The position numbers were made by a program, and so were the translations under genes. A stretch of DNA of 64,000 nucleotides from a virus: IMG/VR virus record IMGVR_UViG_3300024978_000010, positions 2,221 to 66,220 of that record; one strand, 5' to 3'. How positions within the stretch are numbered: position 1 is the stretch's first letter; each line of letters opens with the position of its first letter. The notes below the pieces were generated by a model. That model was not told where the DNA came from, did not search any database, and saw nothing but the letters and a program-made list of their open reading frames with translations. Shown here piece after piece: positions 56,872 to 64,000 of the stretch.

Positions 56872-57615
56872 ATGTCCTATATCAAGCAGCTACGTAAGCG
56901 CGGCTTCCGCGCCGTGATCGAGCACGACGTAGAGCCAACCTCACCACGTGACTGGGACAACCTCGGAACGATGGTCTGTTGGCACGACCGCTATACGCTG
57001 GGCGACGACCACGACCACGACTCACCGGCCGATCTGATCCACGAGCTCGCTAACAATGTGGTGGCCGGCTCTGCCGACGTGTTGACCGAGCGCCTGGATC
57101 GCTTGAGCGACCGTGTGCCGGGTTACGGCTCGCGGGAATGGCTCGCCACGCTCAACCGGCAAGCGGCGGTCTACAACGGCAAGATTCATGACATTGCGGA
57201 GCGTGGATACACCATCTTGCCGCTCTACCTGTACGACCACGGCGGCATCTCGATGTCTACCGGATCGTTCGGCTGCCCGTGGGATAGCGGGCAGGTGGGG
57301 TACATATACTGCTCGCTCGCTGATGCTAAGCGTGAATGGCCTGACCTGGACGGCGAGGCGCTCCGGGCACACGTAGGCGCCGCGCTCGCTGCTGAAGTAG
57401 CGGAATATGACCAATACCTGCGAGGCGACGCGTACACCGTGACGATCCAAGGGCCAGATCGTAAGTGGATCGACGGTTGCGGTGAGATCTACGGACTCGA
57501 TGAAGCCGAACAGACAGCCCGCGAGATGCTTGCCGACGCTATCCGTAGCGCTCGCGTGGCTCGCCGCTCGCTCACGACCAAGCACTACCCCGCCGCTGTA
57601 ATGGCGCGGGCATAG
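56872..57615 (+). CDS. Conserved phage/MGE early hypothetical protein
   Basis: SPRDWDNLGTMVCWH.RY.LGD, LPLYLYDHGGI..ST..F.CPWDSGQVG, YDQYLRGD; RBS GAAAGGGG. Confidence 0.85.
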   Translation: MSYIKQLRKRGFRAVIEHDVEPTSPRDWDNLGTMVCWHDRYTLGDDHDHDSPADLIHELANNVVAGSADVLTERLDRLSDRVPGYGSREWLATLNRQAAVYNGKIHDIAERGYTILPLYLYDHGGISMSTGSFGCPWDSGQVGYIYCSLADAKREWPDLDGEALRAHVGAALAAEVAEYDQYLRGDAYTVTIQGPDRKWIDGCGEIYGLDEAEQTAREMLADAIRSARVARRSLTTKHYPAAVMARA

Positions 57616-57626
57616 GAAGGGGAACC

Positions 57627-57899
57627 ATGATATTACTCGTCGACACCATCCGCACACTCAACACACCGAGCGGTAACCCGCGCCGCGCCTGGCTCGTCCG
57701 TGGACTCGACGCCGGACAACGCGGGGTCCGTAGCGTGGCCGTCCGTGACGACGGCACCGGCAGGCTCGCGGCTCTACCGGGCCATACGGTGATCGAGGGG
57801 ACCGTGCTCGATCTGCCTATCCGCCGCTGGAAAGAGCTCACCACTCTAAGCCCGCGCAACACCACCGGCGAGATCCTGGCCGCTCTCGGGCTGGGCTGA
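57627..57899 (+). CDS. Early hypothetical protein
   Basis: RBS GAAGGGG; N..SGNPRR.W.V motif. Confidence 0.7.
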   Translation: MILLVDTIRTLNTPSGNPRRAWLVRGLDAGQRGVRSVAVRDDGTGRLAALPGHTVIEGTVLDLPIRRWKELTTLSPRNTTGEILAALGLG

Positions 57900-57960
57900 C
57901 ACCACCACGCCGGGTTAGGGCTCGCTACCCTAACCCGGCGGCTCGCTCTCGAAAGGGGCC

Positions 57961-58128
57961 ATGATGAAGCCAACAACCGGCGCTGAACGTGAACAGCTCG
58001 CGCTTGAGAACCTGGAGCGCTGGGCGCGGCGCAACGACTGGGCCAGCCTGGTGGCTAGGCTCAAGACTAAGCAGCTGATCGATCAGGGAAGGGGCAATGT
58101 CCGTGAATCCAGAGATCGTGTGCGCTGA
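57961..58128 (+). CDS. Small hypothetical protein (MMKPTTGAERE...)
   Basis: RBS GAAAGGGG after a 13-bp hairpin; 55 aa. Confidence 0.5.
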   Translation: MMKPTTGAEREQLALENLERWARRNDWASLVARLKTKQLIDQGRGNVRESRDRVR

Positions 58129-58630
58129 CCCTGCGCGCTTGCGGATCGTGCAAGCCGCTTGCGACGTGGGCAGCGCCAATATACACAACACGGTTATTCG
58201 GATCGAGCCGGACGGCACGGCCGCCGCTACGGATGGGGTGCTGCTGGTGGTAGCTCGCTACACGTTCGCTCCGCTGCCGTACGCCTTGCATATCCGCCTA
58301 GGAAGTCGGGTGCTCGCTCGCGCAGAACCCGGCCGATACACCGATGGGGTGCTCGCTCTCGGTAATACCGAGGTGGCCGCGTCCATCGTGGCGCTGGGCA
58401 AGTGGCACAACTACCATACTGCGCTTGAGCGCCTGGCCGAGGGCGTGCCTACCCCACGCTCGCATTACGCTCTCGACGTGAAGCGTATCCATGCGCTGGT
58501 GTCCTCGCACCCTGACTGGCCCAGGCGCCAGACGTTCGACCTGCTGCACTTGTCAGATCGCAGCGTCCAGATCGATCTGGGGATGGAGGGGGTAACTGCT
58601 CTGCTCGCGCTCGCTCGCACCACGTATTAG
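58097..58630 (+). CDS. Beta-clamp-like single-domain protein
   Basis: VIRIE....AAATDG.LL motif resembles the DnaN ATDG signature. Confidence 0.45.
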   Translation: MSVNPEIVCADPARLRIVQAACDVGSANIHNTVIRIEPDGTAAATDGVLLVVARYTFAPLPYALHIRLGSRVLARAEPGRYTDGVLALGNTEVAASIVALGKWHNYHTALERLAEGVPTPRSHYALDVKRIHALVSSHPDWPRRQTFDLLHLSDRSVQIDLGMEGVTALLALARTTY

Positions 58631-58665
58631 GTGGGAAGCCTCTCGTCGCTCTACTAGGGAGAATC

Positions 58666-58944
58666 ATGTCTAACGTAGCTGAAACGCTCAAGCAAGCTAT
58701 CCGCGATGAAGCCGCGGCTCGCGTCGAAGTCGCGCGCCTCAAGCGCAATCTAGCGCTCGCCACCGCTGGGGCCACCGTCGGCGGTGAGATCGTCGGCAAG
58801 AACGAAGCGGAGCGCAACTCTCAAGCGCTGATGATGTTCGCCGCCGATGGGGATGCTCTGCTCGCAGCTGAGAGCCGCCTGGTGTACGCCGTCGCCGAGC
58901 GCGAAGCCGCCCGGATCGATTACGAAGTGGAGGCGCGGCCGTGA
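58666..58944 (+). CDS. Hypothetical helical protein
   Basis: RBS AGGGAG; GKNEAER motif. Confidence 0.7.
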   Translation: MSNVAETLKQAIRDEAAARVEVARLKRNLALATAGATVGGEIVGKNEAERNSQALMMFAADGDALLAAESRLVYAVAEREAARIDYEVEARP

Positions 58945-59342
58945 GGCGGTATACCCTACCCCTGCTCGCTCTGCTCACTCTGTCGTTCGCTCACGCGGCC
59001 GACCCGCTCTCACGCTCAACCGTCGCGTTCGTCATGGCTTCGACGTTCGCCGAGTCGGTGGGGGGTGCGCTCACCGACTGCCCACCGCTGATCGAGGAGG
59101 CTGGCCCGACCGGGTGCTTCATGATGCTAGGCGGCATTGAGGCGGCTCGCTCGCGCCTTGATGCCCTGATGCTCTCTTACCACGACGTGGTGCCGGTGCT
59201 CGCTTGGGTAGCTCGCGAGGATGGCGGGTACGGACGCGCCTACCTCATAGACGGGCGCGACATGTCCGTCGCTTTCTACGTGATCATGCTAAGCGAACGC
59301 AACCAGACGCGGGTTGCCATCGTGGTGGTGGGGTCCAAGTGA
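58941..59342 (+). CDS. Secreted hypothetical protein
   Basis: Signal peptide MRRYTLPLLALLTLSFAHA; one Cys pair. Confidence 0.7.
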   Translation: MRRYTLPLLALLTLSFAHAADPLSRSTVAFVMASTFAESVGGALTDCPPLIEEAGPTGCFMMLGGIEAARSRLDALMLSYHDVVPVLAWVAREDGGYGRAYLIDGRDMSVAFYVIMLSERNQTRVAIVVVGSK

Positions 59343-61054
59343 GGCTCACTCTCAAGTCGCTTGACCTTGAGTCCATCAAGGGGTTGGACGCCTTCACGCT
59401 CGACACTGGGGGGAACCCCAGTGTCACCGTGAGGGGCACGAACGGCACCGGCAAGACCACGCTCTTCGACGCCTACTTGTGGGCTCTGTTCGGGCGCGAC
59501 AGCTCCAACCGCACGGACTTCGAGATCAAGCCGCTCAACCCCGACGGCTCACCTGTTCACGGACGAGACCACCGCGTGACGCTACGCTTCGACCTGGACG
59601 GCGGCGACCTAGTGCTTGAGCGCGTCATGCAGGAGAAGTGGACGCGCAAGAGGGGGTCCGCCACGAAGGTGCTCACGGGTCATGAGACCACCTACTCGAT
59701 AGATGGCGTGCCGATGAAGAAGACCGAGTACGATCAGGCGCTCGCCAAGCTGATCGACGAGAAGACGTTCCAACTGCTCTCTGACCCGCAGCACTTTAGC
59801 GCCAACCTGCACTGGCAGGAGCGCCGCAAGCTGCTGCTTGGCATGGTGAGCGTGGAGCCGTCGGACGTGCTCGCTGCCGACCCCGAGGTGGCCGAGGTGG
59901 TGGAGGCGGCCGGCTCGCGCTCACTAATGGATTACCGGCGTGCCCTGGAAGCGCAGCGCCGCGACCAGCGCCGCCTGCTCGACAGCGTGCCTGAAGCTAT
60001 CAAGGAGATCAGTAGGCAGCTAACCCCCGACGTTCCTACCGTGGAGGAGGCCGAGGCTGCTCTAGGGGCCGCTGAGGCCGCTGTAGAGGCTGCTAAGCGG
60101 GCGCAGGCAGAGGCCCGGCTCGCTCACGCGGCGCTGCACCAAGAGCGCGAAGAGCTCGCCGAGGCGGATCGCCGGACGCTGGCGGACCATACCCGCCGTT
60201 ACGTGGCGGCCAAGGGGGCGCTAGACCCCGCCAAGATGCGCTACGACGGAGCCAAGGCGACTAGTGAGGCCGCTCGCAAGGCGGTGGCCGATGCCCGGCA
60301 CGCCTACAAAGAGGCATCGAGCGGCGGGGTCTGCCAGTGTTGCGGGCAGACGCTCGCGCAAGAGTCGGTCGATGCTCATTTGGCTAAGCTGACCGAGGCG
60401 GGGGTGGCGCTCGCTGCCAAGGCTAGGGAGAGCGCGACTGCGGAAGCCGAGGCGCTGGCTAAGCTCGCGGCGGCCAGGGAGGCGTTCGAGGCGGTCGGGG
60501 AGGAGCCCCGTGCTAACGCTCGCATCGCGGAGATCGGCAGGCTGCTCGCGGAAGCGGAGCCGCCGACCTCGCTGGATGCCAGCGCGGTGGCAGACGCCAG
60601 GGTGGCCCTATCGCTCGCTCGCTCACAGGCGGGGGTGCTCGCTCGCATCGAGAAGTTACGCGCTGACGAAGAGGCTGCCATCCAGGGGTTCGAGTCGGCA
60701 GAGAGGGGGTTGTGGCTGCTCGCTCGCTACGACCAGGCGCACGCTCGCCTCATCGAGGAGCGCGTTGATGCGTTGTTCGGGCGGGTGAGTTTCAGGATGT
60801 TCGACCGTCAGATGAACGGCGAGTTGGCCGAGACGTGCGTCGCGACCGTGAACGGCGTGCCGTGGAACGACCTGAACACCGCCTCACAAGTGTGGGCCGG
60901 CATGGAGATCATCGGGGCCTTGCAGAAGCACTTCGGCGCCGTGGTGCCGGTGTGGGTGGACGGGCGCGAGAGCGTGGTCAGCTTGCCGGAGGTGGACTAC
61001 CAGGTAATCAACCTCATGGTGGACCCGGCTGCGGCTAAACTGGTGGTGTCATGA
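59339..61054 (+). CDS. SbcC/Rad50-like ABC ATPase
   Basis: GTNGTGKTT, coiled coils, CQCC hook, LNTASQ signature, VWVDGRE; GTGA overlap. Confidence 0.88.
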   Translation: MRLTLKSLDLESIKGLDAFTLDTGGNPSVTVRGTNGTGKTTLFDAYLWALFGRDSSNRTDFEIKPLNPDGSPVHGRDHRVTLRFDLDGGDLVLERVMQEKWTRKRGSATKVLTGHETTYSIDGVPMKKTEYDQALAKLIDEKTFQLLSDPQHFSANLHWQERRKLLLGMVSVEPSDVLAADPEVAEVVEAAGSRSLMDYRRALEAQRRDQRRLLDSVPEAIKEISRQLTPDVPTVEEAEAALGAAEAAVEAAKRAQAEARLAHAALHQEREELAEADRRTLADHTRRYVAAKGALDPAKMRYDGAKATSEAARKAVADARHAYKEASSGGVCQCCGQTLAQESVDAHLAKLTEAGVALAAKARESATAEAEALAKLAAAREAFEAVGEEPRANARIAEIGRLLAEAEPPTSLDASAVADARVALSLARSQAGVLARIEKLRADEEAAIQGFESAERGLWLLARYDQAHARLIEERVDALFGRVSFRMFDRQMNGELAETCVATVNGVPWNDLNTASQVWAGMEIIGALQKHFGAVVPVWVDGRESVVSLPEVDYQVINLMVDPAAAKLVVS

Positions 61055-61689
61055 AGATCCTAGAGTTGTTCAGTGGCACGGGCACGCTGTCTCGTATCGC
61101 TCGCGAGAGAGGGCACGAGACATTCACCATCGACCTGTTCCAACACGCCGACCTGCAAGCCGACGCGCTCGAACTAACGCCAGAAGGCATCCTCGAAGCG
61201 GCCGGCTGGGAGGGGGTCGACATGATCTGGGCCAGCCCACCATGCACGGGCTTCAGCGTGGCGAGCATAGGGCGCTCGTGGCATAAGGACGGCGACGTTT
61301 ACACGCCCAAGAGCGACACCGCCAGGCTCGGCTTGGAGCTGCTCGACAAGACCTTCGAGCTGATCTATGCGTTCCATCCGGCAGCTTGGTACGTGGAGAA
61401 CCCACGCGGCATGATGCGCAGGATGAACGCGGTGCGGGGGCACGCTCGCGCCACCGTGACTTATTGCCAGTATGGGGAAACTCGCATGAAGCCGACGGAC
61501 ATCTGGCATCACAGCCCTATGTGGTCGCCACGGCCGGCTTGCAGGAACGGCGATCCATGCCACGAGTCGGCCCCTCGTGGCGCTCGCACGGGCACACAGG
61601 GCATCAAGGGCGCACGCGACAGGGGGAAACTCCCTGACGAGTTGTGCGTGGAAGTGATCGAAGCGGCCGAGAAGTGGGTGACTCAGTGA
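61051..61689 (+). CDS. Compact C5-cytosine methyltransferase-like protein
   Basis: LELFSGTG, WASPPC, VENP, YCQYG..RMKPTDIW. Confidence 0.85.
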   Translation: MKILELFSGTGTLSRIARERGHETFTIDLFQHADLQADALELTPEGILEAAGWEGVDMIWASPPCTGFSVASIGRSWHKDGDVYTPKSDTARLGLELLDKTFELIYAFHPAAWYVENPRGMMRRMNAVRGHARATVTYCQYGETRMKPTDIWHHSPMWSPRPACRNGDPCHESAPRGARTGTQGIKGARDRGKLPDELCVEVIEAAEKWVTQ

Positions 61690-61895
61690 ACGAGTGCGTT
61701 TGGACTTACGACCGCGGCGACCACACTTGGAACGCTGGCTGCCGCTCGGCGTTGGACACGTTCTGGGGGATGCAGTTCTTCGAGGAAGGGCTGCTCAGTC
61801 CGAAGGAGAACGGGTTTGTCTACTGCCCGTTCTGCGCCAAGCCGCTCGTCGAAGCGCCAGGCGAGATCAACTCGATGGAGGATGACGATGAGTAG
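61686..61895 (+). CDS. Small zinc-ribbon protein
   Basis: C.W...W...C...F.YCPFC.K. Confidence 0.7.
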   Translation: MNECVWTYDRGDHTWNAGCRSALDTFWGMQFFEEGLLSPKENGFVYCPFCAKPLVEAPGEINSMEDDDE

Positions 61896-62431
61896 CACCA
61901 ACAGGGGCGGCTCGCGCCACGCCAGCGACTACTACGCGACGCCAGTAAGCGATATCAAAGTTTTCTTGGATGCTTACCATGCTCGCTATGGCCGACTTCC
62001 TGGCCCCATCCTTGACCCGTGCGCGGGCGGCAGCGACGGGGTGGCGATGAGCTACCCCGTCGCGCTTGAGGCTGAGGGGTACGGCGGTATCCACACGCTC
62101 GATATCCGCCCAGACAGCCCGGCAGCGGAGATTGGCGACTACAGAGAGAGAGAGAGAGAGATGGGGCACCATCATCACAAACCCGCCCTTCTATATCGCT
62201 CAGGAGATCGCCGAGAAAGCATTGGCCGAAGGCGACGTGGTAATCATGCTCCAGCGACTCAACTGGCTCGGCAGCCACAAGCGCCGGAAGTTCTGGGCGG
62301 CGCACATGCCTAGCGATGTGTTCGTTCACCACAGACGCATTAGCTTTACAGGCGGCAAGACTGACTCCATCGAGTACGCTCACTTCGTATGGCGGCCAGG
62401 TACGACTGGCACGCTGTTGCACATCGTATGA
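61888..62431 (+). pseudogene. N6-adenine DNA methyltransferase frameshifted at an (AG)9 tract (possible phase-OFF allele)
   Basis: DYYATP and ILDPCAG lie in one frame; IITNPPF and RLNWL lie in the +1 frame; the junction is the repeat. Confidence 0.85.
62143..62161. repeat. Dinucleotide microsatellite (AG)9A
   Basis: Read directly from the sequence. Confidence 0.95.
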
Positions 62432-64000
62432 GGGTCGCCAGCCTGTTCTCTGGCGTCGGCGGCTTCGACCTGGGCTTCGACTCGGCCGGGTTCACTACGG
62501 TTGGGCAGTGCGAGATCGATCAATACGCTCGCAGCGTTCTTAGCAGGCATTGGCCTGGCGTTCCCGTGCATGACGACATCGGTACTTTGCGCGGCGACGC
62601 GTTCGGCCCCGCCGAGGTGGTGGCATGGGGCTCGCCTTGCCAAGATCTGTCTGTCGCCGGTCTGCGTCGCGGTTTGGTTGGCGAGCGCAGCAACCTGTTC
62701 ATCGAAGGTATGCGCTTCATCGAGGAGATGCAGGAGGCATCAGGTGGAAGATACCCGCGCTTTAGTGTCTGGGAGAACGTCCCAGGAGCTCTCACTTCTA
62801 ACGGTGGACGCGACTTCCAGGCAGTCCTTTCCGCGTTCATGGCGACCGAAGTTCCAATGCCTCGATCTGGGAAGTGGGCCAACGCCGGAGTGGTCAGAGG
62901 CGAGCGGCGCAGCGTTGCCTGGCGGGTCCTCGATAGTCAATACTTCGGACTCGCCCAACGGCGCAAGAGGGTGTTTGTTGTCACAGATCTTGATGGACAA
63001 TGCGCCTCGGAAATACTATTTGAGCGAGAAGGCATGTCGCGGCATATTGACTCGCGCTGGGAAGCGCGGCCGGACGTTGCCGCCGATCCTCGAAGCGGCG
63101 CTCAAGGCGGGGGCCGGTTACTAGCTGAGACTGGTGTCGTTCAGGCTCTGACGCAGGGGTTGGGGAGCGGCGGCCCAGACGCGCAGCACGCGCAGGCCGG
63201 TTGGTTGGTGCCGGTCGGCTTCAACTGGCAGAACTGGACGAACGACGGCCTGGCTATCAGGGAAGATGGCGTCGGCCCGCTGGATACCAGCCAGACCAAG
63301 GCCGTCGCCTTCCAGCCGCGCTGGGCGACTCGCGGGGAGGGCGGCCCACCTGATGACGAGAAGGTCGGGGCGCTTACCGCCACCGGCACGGGCGGCCCCA
63401 TGAGCGTCGATAGCGCTCCTCACATAGCCATGTCGTTCGAGGCCGAGCGCGACGCCAGCTTCGGCGTAGTCACCAAGGGCAATGGCGAGGCGTTCCTCAC
63501 CTCCGAGCGCCACATGAGCCTGACCATCGGCGGCGGCCAGGCGGGTCAGGGGTACCCCGCCGTCGCGCATCCCGTCCATAACCTCACGCCTGGCGAGACG
63601 GAGCGCCGTCGCGTTTATGACGCGGCGGGGTTGGCTCCTACCCTGTCGGCTGAGGAGGGGAGGGGGCACGGCACCCCTACGGTCGCGCACCCCATCCAAG
63701 GCGGCCGTGAGATAACCAAGGAACAGAACGGCCTCGGCCTGGGTGGTGAGAACGATCCCGCCTACACACTCGACACCCTTGGGGCGCAGGCGGTGGCGTT
63801 CGCTGAGAACTCTCGCGCCGAGCTCCGCTTGGAGAACGGTGACGGGCAGGTGGCGGGGTCGCTGTCAACGGGTGGCGGCAAGCCGGGGCAGGGCCACGCC
63901 GCTGTCGCGTTCGCGTTGCGTGGTCGCGATGACGGGGCGATGCCGGAGGTGAGTGGCGAGGCCACTAGCGCCTTGCGCAGCACGCCTGGCGGTAGCACTA
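62428..64000 (+). CDS. dcm: C5-cytosine DNA methyltransferase with long variable region, 3'-truncated
   Basis: SLFSGVGG, CEID, GSPCQD, WENVPG, QYFGLAQRRKRVF; ATGA overlap; open to the window end, hence absent from the ORF track. Confidence 0.93.
   Translation, partial: MRVASLFSGVGGFDLGFDSAGFTTVGQCEIDQYARSVLSRHWPGVPVHDDIGTLRGDAFGPAEVVAWGSPCQDLSVAGLRRGLVGERSNLFIEGMRFIEEMQEASGGRYPRFSVWENVPGALTSNGGRDFQAVLSAFMATEVPMPRSGKWANAGVVRGERRSVAWRVLDSQYFGLAQRRKRVFVVTDLDGQCASEILFEREGMSRHIDSRWEARPDVAADPRSGAQGGGRLLAETGVVQALTQGLGSGGPDAQHAQAGWLVPVGFNWQNWTNDGLAIREDGVGPLDTSQTKAVAFQPRWATRGEGGPPDDEKVGALTATGTGGPMSVDSAPHIAMSFEAERDASFGVVTKGNGEAFLTSERHMSLTIGGGQAGQGYPAVAHPVHNLTPGETERRRVYDAAGLAPTLSAEEGRGHGTPTVAHPIQGGREITKEQNGLGLGGENDPAYTLDTLGAQAVAFAENSRAELRLENGDGQVAGSLSTGGGKPGQGHAAVAFALRGRDDGAMPEVSGEATSALRSTPGGST
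62570..63124 (+). CDS. Overprinted ORF inside dcm (putative second subunit; start uncertain)
   Basis: +1 frame is open for over 550 nt and ends LSQILMDNAPRKYYLSEKACRGILTRAGKRGRTLPPILEAAL. Confidence 0.6.
   Translation: MTTSVLCAATRSAPPRWWHGARLAKICLSPVCVAVWLASAATCSSKVCASSRRCRRHQVEDTRALVSGRTSQELSLLTVDATSRQSFPRSWRPKFQCLDLGSGPTPEWSEASGAALPGGSSIVNTSDSPNGARGCLLSQILMDNAPRKYYLSEKACRGILTRAGKRGRTLPPILEAALKAGAGY

Overview
This window is most of the genome of a high-GC, contractile-tailed (myovirus-type) dsDNA bacteriophage, with no host housekeeping genes. It has four blocks. (i) 1-11210 (+): replication and recombination genes, including an SSB-like protein, a fused AEP primase/SF2 helicase, a resolvase, a DEDDh exonuclease and HNH proteins. 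(ii) 11207-~51100 (-): the virion and lysis arm, running TerS, TerL, portal, scaffold, decoration, lambda-E-type capsid, neck, sheath, tube, tape measure with M23 peptidase and baseplate. It then continues into an elaborate adsorption region with duplicated adaptor cassettes, a 1374-aa multi-CAZyme protein, a Gly-Pro-Thr collagen fibre and a TPR glycosyltransferase. (iii) 51150-55850: a divergent control region with a methyltransferase, a 10-bp-phased array, a promoter followed by a hairpin-rich non-coding stretch, a dif-like palindrome and direct repeats. (iv) 55850-64000 (+): early genes and a methyltransferase cluster. Both edges are truncated inside genes, consistent with a circularly permuted assembly. 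No integrase, CRISPR, tRNA or rRNA was recognised. A Deinococcota host is a weak inference from a leaderless-type promoter and 'AFAQ' signal peptides. The most striking observations are: a one-strand GCTCGC motif saturating only the early region (~70 copies in 6.5 kb by manual count, versus ~1 in the co-oriented 11-kb replication arm); an adenine methyltransferase switched off by an (AG)9 tract; a symmetric dif-like site with no phage recombinase in view; a collagen fibre/glycosyltransferase pair suggesting virion glycosylation; and an overprinted second polypeptide inside the Dcm gene. All annotations come from motif recognition by eye; no database searches were run.
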